Part shown: positions 13,301 through 22,112 of the stretch, one piece after another | How the letters are laid out: each line of letters starts with the position of its first letter | Numbering within the stretch: the first letter of the stretch is position 1 | Notes under the pieces: model-generated | What the model was told of the DNA's origin: nothing | Databases searched by the model: none | Seen by the model: the letters and a program-made list of their open reading frames with translations, nothing else | Source: a candidate division FCPU426 bacterium | GTDB taxonomy: Bacteria; Oederibacteriota; Muellerivitia; Muellerivitales; Muellerivitaceae | Direction of reading: 5' to 3' | Assembly (NCBI GenBank): GCA_963738405.1 | Contig: CAVTWJ010000019.1 | Coordinates: forward strand, 1 to 64,000 | DNA length: 64,000 bases | Made by a program: the position numbers and the translations under genes

Positions 13301-16300
13301 CAAATATCTTTCCGTTAAAGACCGCCGCGCCATGGTCGATCCGGGGGTTGAACCCGGCGTTGGCCGTGGCTTCGGTCCAGTTCACCCCGTCCGGTGATGA
13401 CCAACTATCGTTATAGAACTGGTTGTCGTCGCCACCCCCGATCACCCACATTTTGTTGTTGAAGGTAACGCTGGCATGGGCCGCACGGGGGTTAAACCCT
13501 GCGGCTGAAGTGGCTTGGGTCCATTGGCCATAGAGCCCCGGCGTGGGGGTGGGGGTTGCCGTAGGCGGCAGGTTAAGGCAGGGCGGGTCGTTGCCCAGAA
13601 GCGAATACCAGTTTCCCCCGTTGTAAAAAGCGTCGGTGACGCCGTTGGACCCGGCCCCTCCGCCGACAACCCAAAGCCCCGGCGATCCGGCGGGATTGAC
13701 CGTGTTAGGTGCGGGAGTGAAAGCCAAAGCCGACAAACCCGCTCTGGGGCTGAAAGAGGCGCTTTGGGTGTCTTTGTACCAATAGGTTCCGTCGCAAGAG
13801 TACCAGACGTCATTTTTCGCGGCACCGTATATGTCATCGCCCCCCAAGACCCAAAGCTTGCCATCCGCGACTGCCGTCCCGAAACCCGATCTGAAATCAA
13901 AACCCGCCGAAGTCGTGGCTTGGCTCCAGGTCAAACCATCGGCGGTGGACCATACGTCATTGGCACCGTTTCCGCCGACCACCCAAAGTAAATTGCTTTG
14001 TCCGCTGCCGGGCCATACCATACAGCCAAAACCGGCCCTTGTTCCATAAGCCGCGTCCGGCATGCGGTTCCAATTCAACCCATCGGTGGAATTCCAGACA
14101 TCCTTGAAGTTGCCCGAAGGGCCTGTTCCACCCAAAATCCAAATCTGCCCGTTGAACACCGCCGCCCCATGCCATGCACGGGCGGGCCAGGGGGCCTGGG
14201 TAACCGCCTCGGTCCAGTTCACCCCGTCAGTCGAATTCCAGATATCGCTGTTATAGGTGACGCTTCCGTTATGGCCGGTTTCGCCTCCCAGCATCCACAG
14301 CTTTCCATTGAAGCTGACGGCGGCCTGCCCTGTTCGGGGCCCGAATGGCGCAAAGGCCGAGGCTTCAGACCATTGGACCCCGTCCGGGGATTTCCAGATA
14401 TCCCCCAAGAAGTTTCCGTTTTGGTCTGAGCCGCCGATAACCCACAAGCCAGTCACTCCCTGCCCGGAACCCGTGGAAGGAGCAAAAAGGGTGGTGGTCT
14501 GGTTTTTCCGGAAGGTGAACCCATATTGGGACTGGGACCCTTGGAACCAGTCACGACCCGTAAGTGGCTGCGCCGAGGGGAAGGTGGGGGTTGGGGTAAA
14601 GGTCGAAGTGGCGGTCAAATCAAAGGTTCCGGTGTATGTCTCCGTGGGTGTAGGGGTGATGGCCGGGGTATTCGTGAAGGTCGGGGTTGGTGTGGGGCTA
14701 TTGGTGGGCGTCACCAAAGGAGTCGGGGTCCATTGCGCTGGGGGCACATAGCCCACGCCCGGTGCGGTCCAAACATCGCCGAGACTGGAACCGTCCGGCC
14801 CCTCGCCGCCTACCACCCAAAGCCGGTTGTTGAAGACCGCCGTGCCGATGCCGATCCTTTGCCCGAAAGCCAATGTGGAAGCGCCTTGTTTCCAGTGGGC
14901 CCCGTCGGAAGAAATCCATTCGTCAGCCCCAACACCTGGGTTGTCCTGGTTGCCGTCGCCTATCAAGTAAACCGACCCGTTCAAAACCTGGGCCTGGTAA
15001 TTGTCGCCGATGGTAATGGGGGCGGAAGCCGTGTTCCAATTCACGCCATTCACGCTACTCAAGGAACCGCTGTTGTAGCACGATCCCGCTTCGCATCCAA
15101 AACGTCCGCCAAATAACCACATGCTTCCCTTAAATACCGCATAGGCTGCGTCTTCAAGGTCGCCAAGATCCGAGACCTTCTGCCAATGAATCCCATCCGG
15201 AGAGTTATAAACGCTTGTATCGGCATTGTTGGAGCCAAATTCGGTGCTTGGATTGGAATCAACTACCCATAGCTGGCCGCCATTGGTAAAAGCTGAATCC
15301 ACCCCGGTAAAAGGAACCCTATCCGAGACCAAGGACCAATTTGCACCGTCCGGAGTGTTGTATACAACTTGGACCTTGTTATTGGTTGAGGTCCACTCCG
15401 TGGAGCCGAAAATCCAAAGCTTGCCCATAAAGGGAAAACAAATAAGGGATCGTTGCGGAAGTAAATCAATGTCGGATTGCTCAAAAAAGGGCGTGTCGTC
15501 GGTTTCCATGTTCCAGTTCACGCCATCCGCCGTGCTCCACACGTCCCCCAAAGTCCCGATATCGCTGTTCGTCCCGCCGACCATCCACAGGCGGTTCTGT
15601 CCCGCCCACGTTCCCGAGGTGGGACTGAAAACCGCCAAGGCAGGATTGGACCGGGGGATAAACCCGGCGTCACCCGTGGCCTGGGTGAAAACGGAATTGG
15701 GATCGAACTGCGTTGTGGAATACCAAACGTCGCTTTGACCGCCGCCCAAAATATATGAGCGTCCGTTTTCCGTTACCTCCGAGGCGAAGGACCGGGCCGG
15801 GAAAACCGGCGAGTAGGTGGTGGCCGTCCAATTGATTCCGTCCGAGGAGTGGAAAAGATCGCTGAGGGTTGTGTCGTTATCATTGCTGTCCCAACCCACG
15901 CCATCCGACACCACCATCTCGCCGTTCAATGCAGTGGAAATGAATCCGAACCTGGGGCTCCAGGCCGCCTGGGCTGTTTGCTCCGTCCATGTCTCCCCGT
16001 CGGGGGAACTCCAAACGTCGTTGAAGGGAGTCCCGAAAAAATCCTCCCCGCCCATCACCCAAAGCTGGCCGTTATAGGCCAGGCATTGGTGGAAGGTCCG
16101 GGCCGGGAAGGGTGCTGAATTTGTCGCCGGATTCCAGGTCACCCCGTCCGCAGAATACCAAACATCATTCAATACGTTTCCATCGCCGTCCGTTCCACCG
16201 ATAACCCACATCATCCCGTTGAAAACAAGGCTGGCAAAGCCGCTTCGTTGTCCGAAGGCCGCGCTGTTGATCGCTTGCGTCCAGGTCGTTCCATTTGCCG

Positions 16301-19300
16301 AGTACCAGACATCCGAGCCGGTTCCGGATATATGGTCCCGGCCATTTTGGTAGGTATGAAGTTGTCCACCCATCACCCACATCTGGGTTCCTTGAGCCGG
16401 ACCCGAAGTGGGCGCGAAAACAACCGCACCAAAATCACTGCGTCCCGGAAAGCTTGTGTTGGGCCCCTTGACCCATGAAACCCCTTCCTGGGAGGACCAA
16501 GTGGTGTTCACCACCTTATTGGGTGAGAAAACAACGGTTGGTGTCGCGATCACCCAGAACTTGTTGTTGAAATAGAGAGCCTGCTGGTGGGACTGTGTGC
16601 CCAAAGCCGCCTGGTCGGTGGCCTTCAGCCAGAGACCGAAACTATCCCCGCTGGGGGTCTCGGTTGGGGCCTGAGTGACTGTGTAAGTAGAGGTTACGGT
16701 AGGCGTATCCGTGGGAACGATCGATCCGACCGGGCTTGGCGTGGGGGTAGGTGTTGCGGTTGAGGTAGGGGTAAAGGTGCTCGTCGGTGTGGCGGTGGAG
16801 AGAGGCGTAAAGTTTGGCGGCATCGGGATTTCCCCGGTGCGGACATTGCCGAAGCTATCCAGGAAAACCAGTTCGCCCCCAGCCGTGGATGCGTCCACCT
16901 GCCCCGAGGGCGGGTTGTAGGTCATCACCTCGGCTTGGAAGGGGTCGTAGGGGCCCTCTTGTAACGACAACTGGCAGAGGATGTTCTGGTTCTGGTCGAA
17001 CCCGTAAACGGTGCGTCCATCCAGCCCCAGCGCGTACCAACGCCCATCGTGGGTAGTCACAACCCCAAGGTTGTTCCCTGTTTGAAGTAGAAGCGGCTGG
17101 TTCCCCCCGCCATCCGCCCAGGCCTGGGAGGGACCCAGCAAAGCGGCGAGGCGGTTGAATATATCCTCTCCCCCGCCTTTTTTCATGAACCCAATGTTTG
17201 GAAAGCTCGTTCCCAGGGTAACGGGGGTCCCATCCTGGTAAACCAGAATCACGTTCCAATCGTAATCCCGCGTTAAATAATTCACTGCTTTCGACAATGT
17301 GATATCACTGCCCGCACCCTGGTTGGGCACGGTCACCAGATCGGTGTTGTTGGTTAAATAATAAAGGTTGTTCGCGCCGTCATAGGCCAAGCCAGTCACG
17401 AAGTCGTTGATGGGTAAATCGGGGTTCTGCCCGTTATAAACTCCGTTCGACCCTGTGCTTATCCCGGCAGGAAGATAATAAATAGCCCCGCCCGAGTTAT
17501 TGCCGGAAACGTATTGACCGCTGACTGCTGTTCTTCCATCCGGCCCCACATCCCAATTTCCAGGGTTGAAGGATTCCTCAAATTGAAGGTTCTCTTGGCT
17601 CCATATTTTCTGTTTCCCGTCCCAATCCAACCGGCTAACCACCGGAGGGAGGGGGGTGAAGGATGAACCGATTTGGACCAAGGCCATTTCATAGGCGTTG
17701 CCCTTGGCATCTGTAGAAAAATTGCCGAAAAAACTAGGATCGATAGGAAACCCAGGTGGAATTCCCGGCGCATTGGCAATCCTGGTCATCGTCTGTGTGG
17801 GTCCAACAGATTGGATAGGCGTTGGAGTGTTGGGGACCCCTGGCGTGGGTGTCGGCGTGGGTGTCGTGACCACAAACCCATGATTTGCATCCAGATTTGA
17901 AGAGGGTTTCGGTTCCCAATCATTCGGTTTATCAAGCCCGCTGATGTGAGAAACAGTTCCAGGGTTTCCATTCAAAGGCCGACTTGAAGCGTCTTGCGCA
18001 CCGCTAATTCGCAACGTGGCGGACATTCCCGCCTGGGTATTTGTAATAAAAGTAGTATTGCTGGTTATGTTGTATGTCTGCCCATCAGGGCTCCAATTCC
18101 CTTGGCTTGTCAGGTTATTGGAACTGGAAACGGTAGTAGTTCCCGGAGCATAAAAATAGGCTGATACCGTTGGGACTACCGTCGGGTTCATCGGCTGGCT
18201 GAACCGAATATTCAACGATTCATTTTCCCCAATGCCCACCGGCAAACTCGAAATAATTGAGATCGGACCGAGGCAACAAGAAGCACCGTCATAGGGAGGC
18301 CAAGCATCGTTGTATAAGATTGAATTACCCTGAACAATGGTTACACCTTCGACAAATGGAAGGCCCGCTACCGTGAACTGGAAGAAAGTGCTCGGGCTTG
18401 GAGTTTCATTTACCGGTATCGGGCTTATTTGATTTCCATTTGCATCGACGGTTCCGGTTAAAATAAAATTAACCGGCCCCACATAATTCAAAGGAATTTG
18501 TCCGCTACCAGTGTTCCCAGACCAAGTTAAACCATCTCCAGACCATTGACCGGTGACAGAAGTACTAGAGGGCGTTATCGATCCTGCAAGCGCGAAAGTT
18601 ATATTAGGATTTGAATTAACATCCATTGGCGCGCTGAAACCCAATGTCATGGAGACCGAAACAGCAAAATTATTGTCGATAGGAATGTTGGTTGAAACAT
18701 TCAACGGTCCTGAAGGCAATGACCCTTGAGCTGTTGTGGGCCAAGAGGCGGCATAAAAGACCGTAGGCGACACCCCACGCAGTGAACTCAATGCCAGGGT
18801 TACCCCTTGGGCATAATTAGGATTGCCCACCTGAAAAACGGTCATGGTGTCGCGACCAGGGTTATAGTCACTCCCGGTACCTTCCAGAGAATCAAGTTGA
18901 TTAGGAATTGGTGTTAAAGATGCGTTCTTTGTAAAGGCAGTTAAAAATGATTGAATGGTTAACGTTTGAGGTCCAGAAATGGAACTAGGGAATGTGGTTA
19001 TTTCAGCCCAAGTGTCATCACCAAAAGTTGTTGGTGATGCCCACAAATTTCCATGATTTCCTTGAGCCCCATTTACAGTAATGGGTGAAGTCCCATAATA
19101 AACAAGAGGCATCGGCCCACCAAAAGTAACACCAGAGATCGCTGCAAAATCCGGGTCTGTATCGTCATCCGCTTGCGTCTCAAGCATTGTTTGGTTGAAT
19201 TGGATAAGAACTGTAATTGGTTGACCCGGAGGAATAGGCGTATTTACGGTAGGCGTTGTTTGACCACCGATACGGTTATAAAGAGTTACACCTTGTTGGT

Positions 19301-20087
19301 TGATAAAAGATACGTTGAAAACAGAGGGCAAATCGGAAGTGATATTCCAAGCAACACTTGAATTTCCCGTTAAACCGAGGCCGATACTATAGGTGCCATC
19401 TGCAAGATCAATTCCCGCACCATTTAATGGTGAATTTGGTATTGGAGTTCCCTGGGCATTAATCTCGGTTGTCCCATCCGAATTTATATGCGGGCCTGTG
19501 TACCATTTGCTTCTTCCTGATTGGTCACAGGCATAGTTGTACATTGTCGGTAACATTTCTGGTTGGCCATTAGAGTCATCAAACGCCGCTTCCGCTTCAG
19601 GCACACCTTGGTTGAGGGCATAATTTACGTTGCTGTTTGGTGGTATAGGAAAAATACTTGTATCGGCTATCCAGCCTGGAGGGAGGGCCGTCACGCCCGT
19701 TGCAGGCGATCGAACTGTTACCCACCAAGAGGCCATTGCCGCATAAATTGGCCGAGGCTGGTTGTTATCACTCACCCAATAGTTATCGGTAGTGTTCCAT
19801 GGGCCAGCTTCCCAAATAGGGGCAATTACAGAAAAACTATTAAAATTAACTCGAACTCGTTTGCTCCACGATCTGTCAGATGAAGTGTAATCTGGATACG
19901 GCAAAGAAACGAACCAATCATTTTGTACGATTTTATGGCCATTACCGGTACCACCACCTATAAGGCCTTGACGACTAGCTACTACATTGGATAAAAAATT
20001 TTGAGCTAAACAATATTGATAATTGAACCCTAGTACGAAAAAGGTTACTAAAAACCGGACAGCTAAGAATTTCATATTCGCCTTCAA
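10344..20087 (-). CDS. Giant secreted multidomain surface protein (DPBB/RlpA-like head, Ig-like domains, four Kelch-like propellers, NHL propeller, CBM3-like domain, PT-rich linkers, FlgD-Ig/T9SS-like CTD)
   Basis: 3,247-aa ORF with a signal peptide; about 24 'R..H....FNGKMWVIGG...NDVW.S.DG..W' repeats; NHL repeats (P.GVALD..G.VYVTD); VVNNGAAVTLSDITIKFW (CBM3-like); C-terminal VVAAPN...LYNLAGEKV...VASGLYIY...KVVVIH. Confidence 0.85.
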   Translation of the reverse strand: MKANMKFLAVRFLVTFFVLGFNYQYCLAQNFLSNVVASRQGLIGGGTGNGHKIVQNDWFVSLPYPDYTSSDRSWSKRVRVNFNSFSVIAPIWEAGPWNTTDNYWVSDNNQPRPIYAAMASWWVTVRSPATGVTALPPGWIADTSIFPIPPNSNVNYALNQGVPEAEAAFDDSNGQPEMLPTMYNYACDQSGRSKWYTGPHINSDGTTEINAQGTPIPNSPLNGAGIDLADGTYSIGLGLTGNSSVAWNITSDLPSVFNVSFINQQGVTLYNRIGGQTTPTVNTPIPPGQPITVLIQFNQTMLETQADDDTDPDFAAISGVTFGGPMPLVYYGTSPITVNGAQGNHGNLWASPTTFGDDTWAEITTFPSSISGPQTLTIQSFLTAFTKNASLTPIPNQLDSLEGTGSDYNPGRDTMTVFQVGNPNYAQGVTLALSSLRGVSPTVFYAASWPTTAQGSLPSGPLNVSTNIPIDNNFAVSVSMTLGFSAPMDVNSNPNITFALAGSITPSSTSVTGQWSGDGLTWSGNTGSGQIPLNYVGPVNFILTGTVDANGNQISPIPVNETPSPSTFFQFTVAGLPFVEGVTIVQGNSILYNDAWPPYDGASCCLGPISIISSLPVGIGENESLNIRFSQPMNPTVVPTVSAYFYAPGTTTVSSSNNLTSQGNWSPDGQTYNITSNTTFITNTQAGMSATLRISGAQDASSRPLNGNPGTVSHISGLDKPNDWEPKPSSNLDANHGFVVTTPTPTPTPGVPNTPTPIQSVGPTQTMTRIANAPGIPPGFPIDPSFFGNFSTDAKGNAYEMALVQIGSSFTPLPPVVSRLDWDGKQKIWSQENLQFEESFNPGNWDVGPDGRTAVSGQYVSGNNSGGAIYYLPAGISTGSNGVYNGQNPDLPINDFVTGLAYDGANNLYYLTNNTDLVTVPNQGAGSDITLSKAVNYLTRDYDWNVILVYQDGTPVTLGTSFPNIGFMKKGGGEDIFNRLAALLGPSQAWADGGGNQPLLLQTGNNLGVVTTHDGRWYALGLDGRTVYGFDQNQNILCQLSLQEGPYDPFQAEVMTYNPPSGQVDASTAGGELVFLDSFGNVRTGEIPMPPNFTPLSTATPTSTFTPTSTATPTPTPSPVGSIVPTDTPTVTSTYTVTQAPTETPSGDSFGLWLKATDQAALGTQSHQQALYFNNKFWVIATPTVVFSPNKVVNTTWSSQEGVSWVKGPNTSFPGRSDFGAVVFAPTSGPAQGTQMWVMGGQLHTYQNGRDHISGTGSDVWYSANGTTWTQAINSAAFGQRSGFASLVFNGMMWVIGGTDGDGNVLNDVWYSADGVTWNPATNSAPFPARTFHQCLAYNGQLWVMGGEDFFGTPFNDVWSSPDGETWTEQTAQAAWSPRFGFISTALNGEMVVSDGVGWDSNDNDTTLSDLFHSSDGINWTATTYSPVFPARSFASEVTENGRSYILGGGQSDVWYSTTQFDPNSVFTQATGDAGFIPRSNPALAVFSPTSGTWAGQNRLWMVGGTNSDIGTLGDVWSTADGVNWNMETDDTPFFEQSDIDLLPQRSLICFPFMGKLWIFGSTEWTSTNNKVQVVYNTPDGANWSLVSDRVPFTGVDSAFTNGGQLWVVDSNPSTEFGSNNADTSVYNSPDGIHWQKVSDLGDLEDAAYAVFKGSMWLFGGRFGCEAGSCYNSGSLSSVNGVNWNTASAPITIGDNYQAQVLNGSVYLIGDGNQDNPGVGADEWISSDGAHWKQGASTLAFGQRIGIGTAVFNNRLWVVGGEGPDGSSLGDVWTAPGVGYVPPAQWTPTPLVTPTNSPTPTPTFTNTPAITPTPTETYTGTFDLTATSTFTPTPTFPSAQPLTGRDWFQGSQSQYGFTFRKNQTTTLFAPSTGSGQGVTGLWVIGGSDQNGNFLGDIWKSPDGVQWSEASAFAPFGPRTGQAAVSFNGKLWMLGGETGHNGSVTYNSDIWNSTDGVNWTEAVTQAPWPARAWHGAAVFNGQIWILGGTGPSGNFKDVWNSTDGLNWNRMPDAAYGTRAGFGCMVWPGSGQSNLLWVVGGNGANDVWSTADGLTWSQATTSAGFDFRSGFGTAVADGKLWVLGGDDIYGAAKNDVWYSCDGTYWYKDTQSASFSPRAGLSALAFTPAPNTVNPAGSPGLWVVGGGAGSNGVTDAFYNGGNWYSLLGNDPPCLNLPPTATPTPTPGLYGQWTQATSAAGFNPRAAHASVTFNNKMWVIGGGDDNQFYNDSWSSPDGVNWTEATANAGFNPRIDHGAAVFNGKIFVVGGQNFDGSFDNDVWSSNDGANWTEAVTQAPFSPRTGISLFVYDAGQGPRLWMTGGIDENDNTLSEVWNSSDGVNWSQQRGSLPAPAAYQTAVSFNSNVYFIDGQAADGSLNTVEYLLTNYGDGPVWGTVNPAPPLTARQDAAGMAFDNLLFISGGMTAEDIPTGDLWYDGNNWNQANNQAGYGFRSDHTMLEFNPASPGAAPGAPGDRLWVIGGWNGDGYDNDVWYTGTLLNATATPTPTTAYNCPTAASWPVTGSGGIALDGSGNLYAADDSTGGWDFLSAQGGNVAKRAVGAMVEPSGVALDGTGLVYVTDNFLGQVMVFNSGGATVTRFGGPSGNFAGLNTPLGIAVDSIRGVIYVADQGNHRIQLFNLSGSPLSAWGTTGDGGNGAFDAPTGVALDNQGNVYVTDDVTGLVQEFSNSGAWITQWSAVQNTPLATAEWVAVGAFNNWVYVSDGSGTVGVFNSTGNHLGDTQAANSLPFEGVEGVAAGNGFWCAVDEGNNRVVELTGCPLAQTPYPTWTPTQTTTPSPMATYSPTPTYTVTPSVTSTLTSTDTPTPTPTSTNTWTQTPTASPTASFTFTPTFTSSNTSSPSATNTPTYTPAVTSTFTKTPTKTRTMTFTATNSPTSTPTSALTATRTSTLTKTPTKTGTPTKTPTVNTPTKTNTPTRTFTITQTPSPTATTQCGVDTAALALLEEYTSSCSSNSVYHLFAVVNNGAAVTLSDITIKFWPYDTSGVSLVGQVTTDGCLYNPSCFHNVTGVSLSALNFSPACGPTSMQMANWEMTLSTTDNTVLSQGVSWVSLQTLVTRSDSQSFVPGTSYWYSPCVMASTYSTNSHYAIYLRGNLVSYAGGVPPSCRPLATCTPIGGKEVHPGNVPTATLTPAPTETTRLTASVVAAPNISKDSDPINFQVNLNQSAQLTLNLYNLAGEKVYSANVQGTAGMNSIEWTLLNNGNQPVASGLYIYTLSIGDGYHRTGKVVVIH

Positions 20088-20911
20088 TATTGATTCATAA
20101 CTTCTTTCATCTCATCTAATAGGGCTTGAAGTTTAATCTGACGATCTTTATAAGCTTTTGATTTATGAAGTCCTACCAAAGCCGTATGATGAGCAGGAAT
20201 ATCCGCGAAATCTTCTTGTTGTAAGTAAACCACTTCATACTCAATTCTTAAATGGAAAAGCTTTTCATGGGTTATCGGGTCTGTCTTTATAGATCTCTTA
20301 TTTTCAAATGCGCTTGTCCACTTCCGAGTTTTAAATTTTTGATCCACTTGATCCACAACCGTTTTAATATCTGTACTTTTATTAAACATGACATTCCATC
20401 TAATAAAGCTCTGTTCCCCTACCCACTCCCTAAAATCCTCATCTTTATTACCCAATAACTTCCGCACGTTAACGCCCCGATTTAAAGGTTCGCCTTTAGG
20501 AAGTTTTGACCAATCTACCGACCACGGTCGATTTGGTTCAGTATCATGTTTCGCTTGCGCTTGGCCCAATTGTTTGGATAACTCGTCAAGTTTTGCGAGT
20601 TTTTGAATTTCTGCGATTTGTTGGTCATCAAGCTTTAAACAAACCTTTAATACGGGCATTGCTTCTGCCCCTACTCCCATTTGGAAATCACCCCTCAAAA
20701 GACTTCCGACCCATTCATCGTCGCTTAACCTGGTTTCTGTTTTAGGGGTTTGTATTAATATTTGTGGTGTAACTACCGAGGTCTGCGCCATTCCAATTTC
20801 ATCTGTAAAAAAAAATAAGAAAATAAAAGGGGTCAGGCCTGAAAATAGAAAATGGATCGTTTCCCTGCTTCTGGTTTTCGTTGAGGTTCTTAAAGGCGCC
20901 TTATCTGTCAT
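20084..20911 (-). CDS. Hypothetical exported protein, translationally coupled to the giant gene
   Basis: AT-rich ORF with a hydrophobic N-terminal segment; its TGA overlaps the ATG of the 3,247-aa gene. Start uncertain. Confidence 0.6.
   Translation of the reverse strand: MTDKAPLRTSTKTRSRETIHFLFSGLTPFIFLFFFTDEIGMAQTSVVTPQILIQTPKTETRLSDDEWVGSLLRGDFQMGVGAEAMPVLKVCLKLDDQQIAEIQKLAKLDELSKQLGQAQAKHDTEPNRPWSVDWSKLPKGEPLNRGVNVRKLLGNKDEDFREWVGEQSFIRWNVMFNKSTDIKTVVDQVDQKFKTRKWTSAFENKRSIKTDPITHEKLFHLRIEYEVVYLQQEDFADIPAHHTALVGLHKSKAYKDRQIKLQALLDEMKEVMNQY
20824..20853. repeat. Left REP-like inverted repeat flanking the RAYT
   Basis: taaaaggggTCAGGCCTGAaaatagaaaat; reverse complement of 22000..22029 with 2 mismatches; internal palindrome TCAGGCCTGA. 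Confidence 0.85.
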
Positions 20912-21014
20912 TTTCCGGTCTCCCAAAAACGCAGTCTTTATTCAACAATATTTATTCGTGACAATATCACCTTACCCCACCCCCGCCAATTCAATTCGGG
21001 GTTACATATTTGCT

Positions 21015-21965
21015 TCAAAAACATTGCCATAAAAGCCTTTTTGCCCACATCTCCAGTTCTCTTTTATCTTCAGGTGACTTCTGCCACTCTTGCTCTAAAC
21101 GCCTCAAACCCTTACTGATCGTTGTGGGCTCCACTTGAAAATATTCCGCCACTTTCTTTTGCGTCAAAAGGCAACCTTCAACCGCCAGGTAAGCAGCCTC
21201 TGCCATCCACCGGCTCTTTTTCCAGCCACTTGGCTCTTCTTCTAAGTTTTCCCGCTCCTTGATCTTTCCCCATATTTTTTTTAATGAAACCTTAATCTTT
21301 AAACTGGGTTCCACCTTTTGTTTGAAGGCCCTTTCATGGACTTGGGTCTCAAAATCTTCCCCTCCCAACAAATGGCCCGCCCTTAAATCATAAAGGTCTT
21401 CCCGGTGGCCTTGGTGAATGCCCTCTTGCACAAATTGAAAATAGGCTTTCCGCGCCTCTTGAACCTGCTTCCCGAACATCGGCAGAACCTTTTCCGCCTC
21501 AACCCGAACGTTGTCCCCCTTATGCGTCCCCAAATACTGGGCATGGCCTGTCCATGGGTAAACCCCCACCTTCTTTTCCAACTTGGCCCGGAAGGGGTTC
21601 AGGTGGATGTACCTTATCAATTCCAATAAATAAGCATCCCGATCCACTAGAATGGACTTATAGCGCCCTTGGAACAGGTGGCCTACCTTCTTGTGTTTTC
21701 GGTTGAAATAGCCGGTGTAGGCGCTTTGGAGCCTTTGCATGTAGCGGGACAAGGGCTGGTCGGCGGCTTGTTCCAGCAAAATGTGCAGGTGGTTGGGCAT
21801 TAGGCAATAGGCGTAAACCGCCATGCCGTGGTGTTCTAAATACTCATCCATCAGCTTGAGGTACTTTAAATAATCCTCTTTGTCCAGGAACACCTTTTGC
21901 CTTTGGTTTCCACGAGCGATCACGTGGTACAGGCCGCCTTCGTAATGCACCCTTGGTTTTCTCAT
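21015..21965 (-). mobile_element. REP-associated tyrosine transposase (RAYT, Y1_Tnp/HUH) with C-terminal HTH
   Basis: YHVIARGN, AYCLMPNHLHIL (HUH), GHLFQGRYKSILVD and YIHLNP (catalytic Tyr) motifs; flanked by inverted repeats. Confidence 0.92.
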
Positions 21966-21999
21966 GAGATAAAAATAATCCCACCCGCTCAAACTGTCA

Positions 22000-22029
22000 A
22001 TTTTCCTTTTTCAGGCCTGACCCCTTTTA
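22000..22029. repeat. Right REP-like inverted repeat flanking the RAYT
   Basis: attttcctttTTCAGGCCTGAcccctttta; inverted partner of 20824..20853. Confidence 0.85.
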
Positions 22030-22112
22030 CACAGAAATGGGGGGAAATGCGGTCGCTTGGGAATAAGCAACCGAGTTTATTGCCCAAGCAACAACAATTA
22101 CTAAATATCGAA

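Noticed and set aside
12600..16640. Nucleotide-level repeats in the giant gene as DGR template/variable repeats
   Set aside because: Explained by Kelch-like protein repeats; no reverse transcriptase in the window and no adenine-specific mismatch pattern noticed.
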